Numbered from the stretch's first letter, positions 43,469 to 58,281 are shown. The stretch: DNA of 64,000 bases from Chrysomallon squamiferum (GCA_012295275.1 CM022672.1:18476001-18540000); one strand, 5' to 3'. Made by a program: numbers and translations. The notes: generated from the sequence alone by a model not told the origin.

Positions 43469-44159
43469 CTGAACGAACAAATACGTGATCTTTTACATAT
43501 TTTCAGTGTATATATTAGTATACATTTCGGGCTCTGGGGTCAGATTTCCTCGTTTATGCTACCGTTACAAAATCTTACGTCAGTGACTGCTGATATCATC
43601 ACACGCGAACCGGTTTCGATTACGTAGCGAAGATCAGACGACGAAGCCAAGCCTAAAATCCGAAACGTTTTCAAGCCTGACAGAACGTATTTAGGACTGA
43701 CACAAGAAGAAAATGAAATGACACAAGTCCCTGATTTTATCGGCTGGAATGGGAATATATGAAAGAAAAAATGTCACAAGAGACGAGTCACGAAAGGTCA
43801 GTCCATTTCCCCCACGAAACTTTTATCACAAAATTAAATTCCGTTGCGAACTCTCGAAACACACGAATCCACTTTATGCATCTGAAAGTTCTTTGAAAAG
43901 CAGAGCAACGCCGCCCGTTACGATAATGGCCCCCGAATTTTATCTCCGCGAGTTTCCAGAAACATCGAAAGTAATCACTGCAGAAGACTCTGACATGAGA
44001 AGTGCAGAAATAAAGCGTAAGAGAAGGAGGAAGATGGTGGCTGAATTATCAGATGGGGAAAAAAAAAGAAAAAAAAAAAGGAAATGATATAGAGGAACGG
44101 ATCCTATGCAAGAAGGAACGAATTCGGATTTTTGTCGTTTTTTATGTTTTGCAGAATAA

Positions 44160-44336
44160 TACTTTTTTTTTTTTTTTAATTTTAAAATTTATTTTTATTT
44201 TATATTATTATTTTTATTATATTTTTAATATCTTTTTATTTATATTTTTATTTATATTTTTTTTATATTTTTATTTATTTATTTACTTATTTATTTATTT
44301 ACTTATTTATTATTATTTTTATTTATTTATTTTTTT

Positions 44337-44389
<53 letters not shown>

Positions 44390-44417
44390 TTTTTATTTAT
44401 TTATTTATTTATTTATT

Positions 44418-44456
<39 letters not shown>

Positions 44457-44457
44457 T
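44160..44457. repeat. (TATT)n low-complexity tract
   Basis: Directly visible. Confidence 0.93.
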
Positions 44458-44970
44458 TCAAGCCATATATAATCCTATCCTGGCGCCGCTGTTTCAAAAA
44501 CTCGCTTTACTTTTATTACGTTTCTGTTTTATGTTCGTGATTTATATCCACTGAAAATGCTGGTATAAAACGTGTCATAAATAATTTAGTTCTTGAATTC
44601 TACTTTTTATTCATCTATTCACTGGTTCGTTCATTTCTGATTTATTTTTGTTTATATTAGATGGGTCAAAATCATTTAAGTTCAGTTTGTTTTAATTTCA
44701 CTGCGGTTAATTTTGGTTCAGTGTATTTGATATCATTTTCATTTAATTTGTTAACTACTTTATTGAAGATCGTTTCATCTTAATTTTGTTATAGAATTTT
44801 GTTTTTAAATGAAACTACCATTTAATCTTCATCAAACTCGTTTCATCTTTGCCATTTAAATATTGGACTATATACGAAGATTAAAGTGTATATATTTATA
44901 TATAAACTTAATGTAGTTAGTTTTCAAAGCCACTGTTGTCTGACAAAGTAATAATAATAATAATAACAAC

Positions 44971-45027
<57 letters not shown>

Positions 45028-45154
45028 TTAGAACTGTTACATCGTCTTATGTAACGTTCAGTTAATTTCCTGACAAAGCCCGCAACACGCTGCAAAATTT
45101 TCTGTGTATTCAAATTTTCAGTCTACACAACTACTTTATCTAGAATGAATAATT

Positions 45155-45650
45155 TAGACTAGTACGAATATAATAAAACAGTTTTAATGCAGACAAATTT
45201 CTAGACGAATATAACAATGTAATGTTTACCTCTCCACATATTTCTAGATTGATAGTAAATAATAATATTGTGTTATATCTCGATATATTTCTAGACTGAT
45301 ACGAATATTAGACTGATACGAATATAATAATAAAGTGTTAAATCTCGACACTTTTCAAGACAGATACGAATATAGTTTTTAAATATCGACACATTTCTAG
45401 ACTGAAACAGTTATATTTTTTAAATATCGAGACATTTCTAGACCGATACAAATATATTTTTAATTTTCGAATCATTTCTAGATATTACGAATATAATTTT
45501 TAAATATCGACACATTACAAGACTGATACAAATATAGTTTTTAAAACTCGACATTATTTCTAGACTGATACGAATATAACTTTTTTTAATATCGACACCT
45601 TTCCAGCCTGGTACGAATATAATAATGCCAGTGTTAAATTTCGACACTCT
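45155..45650. repeat. Degenerate ~40-50-bp minisatellite, ~11 copies
   Basis: Unit ~TTTCTAGACTGATACGAATATA(n)TTTTTAAATATCGACACA. Confidence 0.9.
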
Positions 45651-46051
45651 AGTGGAAATATATTACTCAGCGTAGACTTTGCCTTCGGGGATATCCGGAA
45701 TTAGAGAACGATCTTCTTTGAGAAACGCTTTAAATCACCGACAATTTATTTCTCTCTCTGCAACTAACGAGTAATGTCCACAGACTCCTAACCCAGTTCT
45801 CTTAACGAGTTCGCTTCAAACTGTCTGGAAACGTAAAAGGTACAGTTACAGAATGATGATATATGGGAAGGGTCAGAGTTCTGCTCGTGATGGTATGTAT
45901 GGAATGGTGTCAGAATGGAAGAGATACTTGAAATGTTAGTTATGAAAACGTCTGAAGAAGCGGTGACCGTATTAACAGAACTAATAACACTGTCAGTCAG
46001 CGGTGATATCTTACTGTGATGGTGATGGTTGTGGTGAAGGTGATAAAACTC

Positions 46052-46380
46052 GTAGTAGTAGTAGTAGTGGTGGTGGTAGCAGCAAAAGCTACAAGAGTGA
46101 CAGTTATAATTATAGTGGTAGGAGTAGTAGTAGTAATAGCAGCAGTAGTAGTAGTAGTAATAGCAGCAGTAGTAGTAGTAGTGACAGCAGTAATAGAAAT
46201 AATAGCAGTAGCAGTAACAGTAGCTGTAGTGATAATAGTAGTATCAGTGAATGTAGCAGCAACAGTAGTAATAGCTATATCTTCATTAGCAGTAGTAGAA
46301 GTAGTAGTAGCAGCAGAAGTAATAGTAGTAGTAACTGTAATAGTGGTTATAAAGTAGCAACAGCACTGGTAGTCATAGTA
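46052..46380. repeat. Degenerate (AGT/AGC)n tract
   Basis: Directly visible; gives poly-Ser and poly-Val ORFs. Confidence 0.9.
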
Positions 46381-47604
46381 GAAGAAAAAGAAGAAAGTTA
46401 AAAAAAAAGTAGTAGAAGTTGTTGTTTTTGTAATGGCAACTAAATCTTGTGCTCAAATTTATACAGATAAATAAAAATAGCACTTGAATTATCAGATTAC
46501 TAATGTAGGAAATAAAAGAACACATTAAATCTGTTCCGAGAATGTTTGCATAAATATATACATATGTTGTTGTTTTTTTTTATCGATCTTTGATATTAAA
46601 AAAGTTCATTTCCAGAGAAAGGTTATTAAATCACAATGTTCGTAGAGTGATGAATTGAAACCTGTACGCGATATTGATTCTGCTTAACAAAGCATATTTT
46701 TGAAAATCACATCCACAGCTTCAGATTTCCCATCAGAAAGAAATAATAATAACAAGTGATGTCACATTACTCTCATTTTTCAAAGATGCCTTTATAAATG
46801 TTCGCTGTAGATATATGTTTGTTATAACATATTTAATTTATATATGTACACAAATACGTACATGCATTCTTTCTTTTCCTTAAAAAAAAAAAAAAAAAAA
46901 AACACATAAAAAAACAACGAGATTAAATTCTGAAAAGATGAAAATCAGTTGTTATTAATGTACCAGGATTCATTATCTATATAAGGGGATGGGGAAATCC
47001 ATAACGCAGTGTTCACATAAAGCAATCATGTGTAACAACAACGTTTGATAAAACTGTGTAACATCTCGACGAAGTGAGTGCTGACTCTGTGTGTACGGAG
47101 AATAACCAAGGATACCGTTTTGATCAATTTCAGTTGCGTTACGTCAGAAAACTCCGCGTTACTTTCTCGCGGATTAATAACGGTAAACACGACGTGCTGA
47201 AAACCGAGCGATCGAACGTTTCATCGAGTACGGAGTTAACATCCGATTGCTCTTGTTCGAGGGGGTACGCAGAAGTGTCGCAGATCCGCTCGGCATTTCA
47301 GAGGAATGTTTAATAATAGCTTTGTCTGTAATAAACATTTTAGTCTTTGTTGTAAAACGAACGTCTTCGCGGTCGGGTAATTGATTTTGCTGGAGAAAGC
47401 AATTCTCAGAAGTTCCGTTTATGTTTCTTAATGTGAGCCGAAGATCAACACTTCGCGTTTAAAAATGGCTGCTTTCTGAAATGTATATTCCTGGTCGATA
47501 TTTTTTGTAATTGGTAATGGATGATAATGTATTGTGTGAAAATTTTATACAAAAACGCACACAGATACACACAGACACACCCCTCATATACACACAAATA
47601 CACA

Positions 47605-47645
<41 letters not shown>

Positions 47646-47816
47646 TGCATAAATCGGGCACGTTTTGAAAGGTAATGAATACGATGAACGGTAAAACCCA
47701 TTTTAAAAGCGCCGATGATTTTTTAATGACATCCGTTCTTTATTTACACATGTAACTGATTATCAGGGAATGTTCAAATATCACCTCCTCTTCCTGTGTT
47801 AAAACATTTAGATTCG

Positions 47817-47930
47817 CTAACTTACTGTTTTCTTCTTCTTTTTTTTTTTTTTTTTTTTTCTTCTCCTTTTTTTTTTTTTTTTCTTTCTTGTTTTTTTTTT
47901 TTTTTTTTTTTTCTTTTTTTGCAGGTAACA
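47817..47930 (+). other. Candidate recursive splice site (3' splice site directly followed by a 5' splice site)
   Basis: CTAAC (47817-47821), ~100-nt AG-free pyrimidine tract, then TTGCAG|GTAACA with junction 47924/47925. Confidence 0.3.
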
Positions 47931-48826
47931 TGTTTTTCGTTGCATTTTTTCTCACGTGAATAAATGTACTATAAATAGTTTAGATAGAATTTGTATCTCT
48001 CTTTTTTTTTTCTCTGTGTGTGTCCTTTTTTCTCTCATTTTACTTCTTCTGCTTCTTCACCTTTGTTAAAGTGATCATGTCAAACGTCAGCTTCAAAGTT
48101 GAAAAAAAAGTTAAAAATATAAAATTCTGACACTGTACATGATTCACGTACTTACGGTGCTTTTTCAGTGTCTGTATTGTTTTTATATTTGTTTGTTTGT
48201 TTATTTATATGTTTATTTATTTGTTTATTTACTTATTTATTTTAAGAATGGGCAAAACCAAACACATGGGCGTGCATGTTGGGTTTGTATATTGGGATTG
48301 TCAGCTGTGTTTTATTATTAAAAAAAAAAAAAAAAAAAGAAGAGAGAACGAAAGAACAAATGAACACTGACGATGTGCAACAAATAAAAGAAAGAGGAAA
48401 AATCTAAAACATAGATTTTAACACACACACACACATAAACAAAAAAAACACTAAAAAAGGAATCACTAAACAAGAAATAAAACAGAAATGAACAAACATG
48501 AGTAACTGTTAATGAAACGACGTTAATTTAAAAACTGTTTATTTTGTACAAGAAAAATACACCAAAGTCTCTCTCCGATTGTTTACACAGGAGACCCGCC
48601 AGTTCTCATTTAGACAGGGTTAATTCAGATTTAACAGTGTCATCTGAACAAAATGTATTTTTATTTTATTTCATTTCATTTCTTTATTTCTTTATTTTTT
48701 TATTTTTTTTTTTTTAAATTTGTCTTCACACAACAGAAGTAATAACAAATCAAGACAATTCCATTATTCTGGAAAGTATGGTTACGACATTTTAGGAACG
48801 TAATATTCTAGATTATTATTATTGTT

Positions 48827-48905
48827 GACAGGAAAACCTCACACTATGACCTTTGCGATTAGTCGTATACGACACTGACTTGAATGGGAATAAGTTTAAA
48901 TGCGT
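48827..48905 (-). mobile_element. Possible SINE family A remnant
   Basis: GACAGGAAAACCTCACACTATGACCTTTG...GTCGT...CACTGACTTGAATGGGAA loosely resembles the segment next to the core in other copies. Confidence 0.3.
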
Positions 48906-49380
48906 CCCGAAGTGACAAGCTCCTACGGCTTGGCCTGTGTTGATGTGATGGAGATTTTAGTCAATGAACCAAAATTCACTCTCTGAACGACAATTAAAAC
49001 ACTGCGATTAAAAATCTACTTCAGCAGTTGTGACAAAGCTCCGGTACTTTTGTAGATAAACATTGCAGGTTAGGTCTACCTCAGGTTTTACTCAGTGTCT
49101 TAATACGTTGTTTTTTTATTGTTTCGTTGCCTTTTCTTATACAAAAAGGTCATTTAAAACTGTTCAAATCCATTTTCACTTGTCTGATGAGTCAAATCAA
49201 TCACTTTTTTCTCCCCTATCTTTGTCAGCTTTGACATACGTGGCTCTGTATTCGCGCATCCGGTGTTAACGATCTCTGTTCCTTGTAACCGAAATAAGCC
49301 TAGAGGACAGTACCGATCTATTTTTGGAAAAGTATATTGTTGTTTTTTTATCACTTTATGGCCAATTTTGTGTTTATAAC

Positions 49381-49421
<41 letters not shown>

Positions 49422-49979
49422 TGCTTTCTAGCCTTGATTCAGTTTCACTGGAATTTATTTATTTATTTATTATATTGGTTTGTTTCTTTGATGTTTTTTT
49501 GTTTGGGGGGGGTTGGGGTGTGGGTGAGGTTTTTCTGGGGGGAAGGGCAGATGGATCATTATACCGCTTATAACAACAGCATGTCTGCATTAACGTTGGA
49601 AAAAAATGACTGTTTTTATAAAAACTGACATGTCAAATTGGATTTCAATTTTTTTATTTTTTTATTTTGATATCTCCATTAGCAGTAAAAAAAGAGAAAA
49701 ATCGTAGAAAAATACTGTGAAGCCTCTGCTAACAAAAAGATTACGCTGTACTAATATAAAATCGGTATAACCCTGACAGATCATCGAATTTCTTCAACTG
49801 ACTTTGCAGAGCACGCGCAGGTCGCCTAATTATTCAAAAATTGAGCCAATGAGGGGCAGACGTAAAACTGCCAAGGGAGGTAATTACCTGTCAAATTAGA
49901 AGCCCTAGGAAAAGAACATATATAAATAATTCATTGCGTAATAATTAAATACATCTGCTGATGCTTCTATGTATGTGCG

Positions 49980-50019
<40 letters not shown>

Positions 50020-50230
50020 GAGAGAGAGAGAGAGAGAGAATTGTAAGTATATAGAGAATGTAATAAACAATTTGTATATAATATATAAAATAATGCAACT
50101 AGATTAACATAAAAATTGCTTGGTGGATCAGTCTTTCGTGACATTTTGTACACACTTCTGCAAATCACTTAGTTCTGAATTATACAGTAAACAATAATAA
50201 TGATATGATGATGATCTTAATGACAACCAT

Positions 50231-50272
<42 letters not shown>

Positions 50273-50615
50273 AATAATAATAATAATGCTTATGAAAAAA
50301 GCTGTTTACATTAGTTTCGACTGTACGCATACAACCCATAACCAGTTATACATATATGCATTTAAGTAGCATCTAACATTAAAACATACACATGAAAATT
50401 ACCATCATTTAAGTTTAATTTAAAAATTAAATAAATAAAAAGGTTTAAAGTGAGAACGCTGTTTATTATCGGCATCAAAATATTTAGGACAATCTGACAT
50501 AGTATAAACAATTTATTTTGTTGGATCACTACATTAGTAAACGTGTGATTTGTAATGAAACAGCCATTAATGGTGTGTGTGTTTTTTTTTTTTTTTTTTC
50601 CTGAATCATTTATTT

Positions 50616-50658
<43 letters not shown>

Positions 50659-51715
50659 TTTGTTTATTTATTTTAATCGGTCGATGTTTACTTAAAGTGC
50701 AGTGCATACAAACATAAAAAGAAATCATGCACAAAATTATCCTTCACACCTACCTATTTACCTGGTAAACAGAAAAATGCATTTATACACATTCACAAAC
50801 ATACATACATACATAGATACGTACATACGTACATACATACATACATACATATATATATATACACACAGACACACACACATACATTATATGTACATTCATA
50901 AGCATACATATATGCATACCAACGTGCACATACACATATAAACACACATTCACATATATAAACATTCGTAATACATAAATATTATATACATGTACAGATA
51001 GAACAACAACAACAACAACAACAACGACAAAATATAAAAATAATAACCTTTATGAATAAATTTTGCCATCGTTACAATTCAATCTTATATGCCTTTTTCT
51101 ACGCGCTAATAAATAACTAAACAAACGTGTGTGTGTGTGTGTGTCTTGGTATTATTCTTTTTAAAGGAATCTAGAAAAATGTATGTGTGCCAAATAACCT
51201 GAGAATCGCTACTGAGAAGTTTGGCAGGGTTTCAAACTTGCATAAGCACATATCCATCTTCAAAGAGGCGCTTTGCAGTCGCGTTACATCAGGGATTTTT
51301 GGAATATTCATTTTCTTAAGTACTGATAATAAACAGAAGCGTTCTCACGTTAACCTTTTATTTATTTATTTATTTATTTATTTATGTTTAAGTGATGGTA
51401 ATTGTCCTGTTTACGTTTTAATATGTGATGCTGCTTATATGCATATATATATATAATTGGTCAAAAACTTTATTATTATTTTTATTGCTGTTGTTGTTGT
51501 TGTTATTGCTATTATTGCTATTATTATTATTATTACTATTATTATTGTTGTTGTTTTTTTTATCATAATCATAACCGTTTATCATTTATTATTTTTAATT
51601 TTTTAATTTTTATTATTATTGTCAATTATTGTTTTCATCATCATCTTCATCATCATTATATTATCATCATCATCACCATTATTATTATTATCATCATCAT
51701 CATAATCATCACCAC

Positions 51716-51780
<65 letters not shown>

Positions 51781-52156
51781 TTATTATTATTATTATTATT
51801 ATTATTCTCATTTCCTCTTTTAATGGAATGGTATGTTACTAACACACATTTATAAATTGGTAGCGATGCTGGAGTAAGGCGCAATGGGATGACAGACGAA
51901 GAAGAACTGACGTCGTCAATTTCAGATGACACACTAAGATTAGATGTCATCTATCTGAGATGACGTGCCTGTCATACGTCACCAGTTCCGATATCCCGCT
52001 TATCTAAATGCAAATGACTTGTGCGAGTTTTTGCTCGACTCAGATTTAGAGCTCGGTGAACTTTGACCATCGACAGAGAAACGGTGAAATCCCGTTCAGA
52101 ATAAATTTGTGGATAAATGTTTATTCAACATTTAAAGATTTTGATAAAACTTGGGG

Positions 52157-52187
<31 letters not shown>

Positions 52188-52359
52188 CGAGTTGATTATT
52201 TATTCTTTCAGTTCATTTATTCAGATTCAGAAATTGTAGCAAGAATGTTTTTCGCTCATATTAATTATTATCAGTTTTGTTTATTTTATTTTATTAACTT
52301 TAAATTTCTTTAAATAGAAATATGCAAGACCAGAACTGTATGAAAAATAAAAGAAAATA

Positions 52360-52391
<32 letters not shown>

Positions 52392-52408
52392 GAAGAAGAA
52401 TCATAATC

Positions 52409-52455
<47 letters not shown>

Positions 52456-52882
52456 CTTTAAAAAATAGGTAATAAATAAATCAATAATATAGAAATTAAA
52501 AGTTTTCGATCCGACGTTAAACAAACTCGTCTGTATAATAATTTTCCACTTCTTTCAATAGTCTAATCTACGTCATGAATTATGATGACGTCGACTTGAT
52601 TGTCGAAGAAAGAAATGAACACCAAGAACATCCAACACGGATCTGTCAGGTTTCCACGAAACGAGAATTTCTGACGAGATATCTCAGATTTGATAACATA
52701 AATAATTACTAAGATTTATTAATAGTGTTCACGCTGGTTTCTATGGATACCTAACATCAGACACAAACCAGACACCGGAAAGATAATGACGGGTGGTGAG
52801 TCAAAGAGTTTTAGAACAATTTCAAAGTGCTTATCCTGTATTTGCCAGAAACATCCATAAAAGTGTGCATGTGTGCGCGCGC

Positions 52883-52920
<38 letters not shown>

Positions 52921-53057
52921 TTGTATATGTATAAATATATGCATATACAAACATACATATTTACACACACATATATATATATATTTTGGGTAGTATAAAT
53001 CTATTGGTCTAAATTTTAACATTATCTCCAGCTTTAACAATGTTTGTGGCTAAATAA

Positions 53058-53382
<325 letters not shown>

Positions 53383-54207
53383 ACTTCTTTGGAACTTACT
53401 ATAAGAGAGGAAAGGGGATGCACACTCCCCTGAAATCGCCGCTGATTTTCTGTCACATTCATAAATCATTCTGAAAAATCATTCACGTTCCTGTTTCTTT
53501 TTACTTAGCACGTTTCAGTTTACGTTCCCAGGAACGGTCAGCTACAGATTTGTTATTTTCACTGACCACTTGTTGATTTCCCGGCGCTCCCGAGTTTTAT
53601 GATCCGATCATTTCTCTACGGTATTTGACGAAATGGACGAGAGGAAAAATTCCAGCCATATTCACTGATATAATTCACAGTTTGCTGATTTATTCTACAC
53701 CGTTAACTGGTTTGATCGATTTAAATGGAGGGAAAGCGGTCATCATCGGTTACAAGAGACTGTTGCTGGATTCTCAACTGTCCTTGTGAAGAAATGTATT
53801 AAATGAATACATTTGTGTTTTATACTACATTTGACACGCTTATAAACAAAGTATTTTTTTTGATATTTTTTTCAGTCATATTTTACAATATTTTCTATTC
53901 TAGTTTCAGTTAATTAGAAACTGCAGAATATTTAGTTTTAAAATTATTTTATTGTTTTTGAATTATGATTAGTAATATGAAAATTATTACTGTTATTATT
54001 ATTATATGACAGTGTTGTTTTTATTGTTGCTATTTTTATTTATTTATTTAGTGTATTTTTTTATGTATTTCATTTCTAAAAAATAATAATTTAGATAATA
54101 AATTAAGAAAATTAAGTGACACTGGCTTTCTTTTATCGCTAAAATAATCGTGGAATATCAAAAACAACAACATGTAACGTTTATGTAGAAAAACGCATAT
54201 AGAGAGA

Positions 54208-54208
54208 G

Positions 54209-54288
<80 letters not shown>
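54208..54288. repeat. (GATA)n microsatellite
   Basis: Directly visible. Confidence 0.95.
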
Positions 54289-54289
<1 letters not shown>

Positions 54290-55479
54290 TGCATACAAGT
54301 CCCTGCAAGTAGAAGTTTCGATGATGGCAATGTGTTTTACATGTAGATACATATCATGTATATATGACAATGCAGTCAGTATATTAACGAATTAATTAAA
54401 TTTTACTTCAAAGCACAACCAACAAAAACAAAACGCCAGAATTAAAAGTTGAAAGTGTCCCTGCTGTTTCAGATCTACTTAGACTGGTTTCACACGCCAG
54501 ATCGCATGATTAGAAACTGTTAGACTAATCTGAAGGGAAAACAGATGGGATTTCTGGGTAAACACGAACTCGCTCGGTTCAAACAGTTTGTGCTGTCAGT
54601 TTTCGTGTTGGATATTCATTAGCGACTGCGAAACCACGTAAATTTCCACGCGAAAGTCAATTTCTTTGTCAGATAGGCCATGTCTGTTTAGTTTTCTGTT
54701 TTGTTCCTTGTTGTTTTGGGTTTTTTTTCGGGTTTTTTTTTTTTTTTAAAAAAAAAAATAAATGAAATAAAATAAGGAACATGAAACAAGGAGGTGAATT
54801 AAAATAAATGTTTTTTTTTTTTTTTTTTCGTTTAATGGGTTTAACCAGAATTTCCGTCTGTTTGTTTGATTAAAAAAAAAATAAAGGCTCATGTCTGATT
54901 AATTTCCTGCTTTGTTGTTTACGAGGATAACAACAACAACAACAACAACAACAACAATAATAATAATAATAATAATAACAACAACAACAACAACAAATAA
55001 ATAAATAAATAAATAAATAAATACTCCTAAATAAATAAATACACGATCAAACATACGCCCACGCACACAAACAAACCACAAAATCTCGAATCTTCGAATC
55101 TTCGACAGGAACGGGTCAAAAAAAAAAAAAAAAAAAAACCTAAGTCCTCCATAACCGTAAATTCAGTTTAAGCCACTTCAATTTAAAGTGCACTTTACTG
55201 AGCTGTAATTTTATTCTAACGTTGTGCAATGGAGAATTCTTCACTTGACACAAAACTGTGTATTCTCGTCGCTTTTCTTCTGACGATCGATACTAACTGC
55301 GCCTGTGCACGAAACCAGAACTTTTTATCTGCAGCTCGCACGGAGAGAGTTCGCTTTCTGTGAAAGCCAAGAAGCAGTCGCTTGTTTGGATTTCTTCACG
55401 ATTTAACTTTCCACAGGCGCGGATCCTTCTGGGTGCCTAAGAGGAGGCTTGACCTCTGAGCCGACGAAAACATCATCGT

Positions 55480-55749
55480 CACTATCATTATTATTATTGT
55501 TGTTGTTATTGTTGTTGTTATTATTGTCGTCATCACTACCTGAACAGTTATTATTACGATTATCATTATCAGTATCATTACCGTTATTATTGTTGTTGTT
55601 GTTGTTATTATTATTGTTGTTACTTTTACTATTATTATTATTATTATTGTCGTTATTACTATTATTATTGTTTTTATTACTGTTATTATTATTATCAATT
55701 TTATTACTATAATTACTATTACTATTATTATTACTTTTGCTACTACTAC

Positions 55750-55797
<48 letters not shown>

Positions 55798-55820
55798 CTT
55801 CACCTTTATCGTTATTATTA
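55480..55820. repeat. Degenerate (TTA/TTG)n tract
   Basis: Directly visible; gives poly-Asn/Ile/Leu ORFs. Confidence 0.92.
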
Positions 55821-55938
55821 TGAACTTTAAACCAAATCATTCTGAGACATTTTGTGACGTCTGCTCTTACAAACAAGAAGTGGTTTTCAGTTATCTATAC
55901 ATTCACTAATGTAGAATCAGTTTGTTTTGGTACCTTTG

Positions 55939-56090
55939 TTGGATTGTTTCACAATCTAACCGGAGCTCCGTGCGTGGTATGTAGTTCCCAGCCTATGGGA
56001 GTGTGTACACAAAATACTCCTCCTTGCTAACTGATAAACGGCAACATTATTATAATATACCTCTTACACCTTGAATCAATTTTGTTGAAG
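55939..56090 (+). mobile_element. SINE family A, degenerate + strand copy
   Basis: CGTGGTATGTAGTTCCCAGCCTATGGGAGTGTGTACACAAAATACTCCTCCTTGCTAA aligns with the reverse complement of the 43.2-43.3 kb core (CTATGGGAAGGTGCATATAAAATACCTTTTGCTGCTAA). Confidence 0.55.
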
Positions 56091-56876
56091 AATTTTTTTA
56101 TTTTTTATTTTTTTTTTTGCACCACTAAATCTGCTTTTGTTAGGATTATTACAAAATTCTCTGTTTGTAAAACATTCTCTGTTTGTAATTTATTATTATT
56201 ATTAATATTATCATCATTATTGCCATATATTACTTTTACTCCTACTAATAGAAATATTAGTGTATGTGTGCTTGTGTATCCTTGCATGTATATATATACG
56301 TACGTACGTGTGTATGTATATATAGTATGTGTGTGTGTATGTATGTGTGCATACTTACACGTGTTTTATCATATTTTCTGACAGTTTGTATGTATATGCT
56401 TACGTATGTATGTATACACGCATCTGTGCATGTGTGGAAGTGTATACGTTAATGTACATGTAATATGAGAAAGAAATTCCACTCATATTTACCATATAAC
56501 CAGCTGCAGTATCTGAAACGTTTATAATTAACTAATTTATTTATAGCCAATCATACTTTTTCCACATTCCTACCAAATTATCGGTAAGAAATAATTATTC
56601 TACATTACCATGTATATACAGTAGTATATATATATATATATTAATGTCGCGGTTTGCCTCAAGCTTTTAAAATCTTTAAAGCTTCAACATGAAATGCAAA
56701 TGTCAAAGCACATTTCTGAGTTCTATACAAATGCCACGAGGTGGTTTTAACCGTTTTTGAGTTTTATGGATTTATTCCCAGAATATTTCCAGTTAATTAT
56801 ATGGAGAAAGTGACATGAAAAAAAAATCATTTTCTTAATGTCTTACATATATATATACATACATACATACATACAT

Positions 56877-57180
56877 AGTCCACCTTCGGATTGCGGTCGA
56901 ATGGGTGTCACACGTTCGAGTCTCGTCAGCGGCATCTGACTTGTTTGTGAGGTCGTGATTGGACTTTGTCCTCCTGCGCCAGTGCGTTCCCAAATATTGT
57001 CTATGTGCAGAGTCTATTCAGACGAACATAAGTCAGAGATTCAAAATCCGAAAATACATGCATACATACATACATATATATATATATATACATACACACA
57101 AACATACATACATACATACATACATACAAAAATACATACATACATACATACATACATACATACATACATACATACATACA
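56877..57180 (+). mobile_element. tRNA-derived SINE family B with B box and (CATA)n tail
   Basis: B box GTTCGAGTC at 56914-56922; body homologous to 38058-38186 (minus); (CATA)n from ~57055; also (CATA)n on the 5' side. Confidence 0.8.
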
Positions 57181-58146
57181 CACACTACACTATTTACGTA
57201 TATAAACGTCTTTACATATCTAATACTAATAAAAGTAGTCTAATTCACTACACTATTTACGTATATAAACATTACAAGAAATAAATGACGGCAATTAAAC
57301 TATCGTGACGTAATAAGAACAATGACGTTAACTTGGCAACTCATGACGTTTTTTCTTGTTCGGAAGAAGTACCTTAGGATTTATCGTTTTGAAACTGTTT
57401 TTCCAAGGTAAGACTAAAAGAATGAAAGCAATTTAAAAACTGTTACCAGAAATGTATCTATATTTTTGTATCTGTCTATCTATCTATCTATCTATATATA
57501 TATATATATATACAGACGTTGTTTAGAGTTCTTTAAAATAAATAACAATTTTCTCCATCATCAGAATCGTCATCATCATCATCATCATTATTATTATTAT
57601 TATTATTACACGAATCGACGAATCCTTCCGTCTTAATTGTGTATTTTATGTATAATAGGCTCGGGAACCCTGCGAGCGGCCATTTTGGTGCAATGGCTAA
57701 GTTGTCATTTGTAATACACTCGTTCATAAATTGGCTAAACAAATCTTCCCATGTTGATGGCCGCTGTTGGAATCAATAGTAAGAACCGATGTCAAATCAG
57801 CATCGAATTACACTGGGTTGTGTTTGGTCATGAAAACATCGTTCATTCTCATCAAATGTGCTGCCAATTTCGTGATGGGCTTAGCCACTGCAGCTGTGAA
57901 ATTCGATTTTCTTTCCAATTGTTATTTCTGCGTTATTATTATTATTATTATTATTATTATTTTTCTTTTTTTTTTCTATAATTTCTTTTTTATTAGGCTA
58001 TTATTTTTACATGAATATAATGTTTTAATTTTATTTTATTTTTTTTTTTTTTTAAATATACTGGAAAAGTTAATTTGAAATTTTTTTTCTGTTTTGTACT
58101 GTACAGGTTTCAACTGGTTTGACTTCACATAATTATGAAATTATTA

Positions 58147-58281
<135 letters not shown>

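Noticed and set aside
43749-44087. 112-aa ORF with basic C-terminus (NLS-like)
   Set aside because: The basic tail comes from A-runs and I recognise no family; kept only as unexplained unique sequence.
56877-56935. tRNA gene
   Set aside because: B box only, with no A box or cloverleaf; it is a SINE head.
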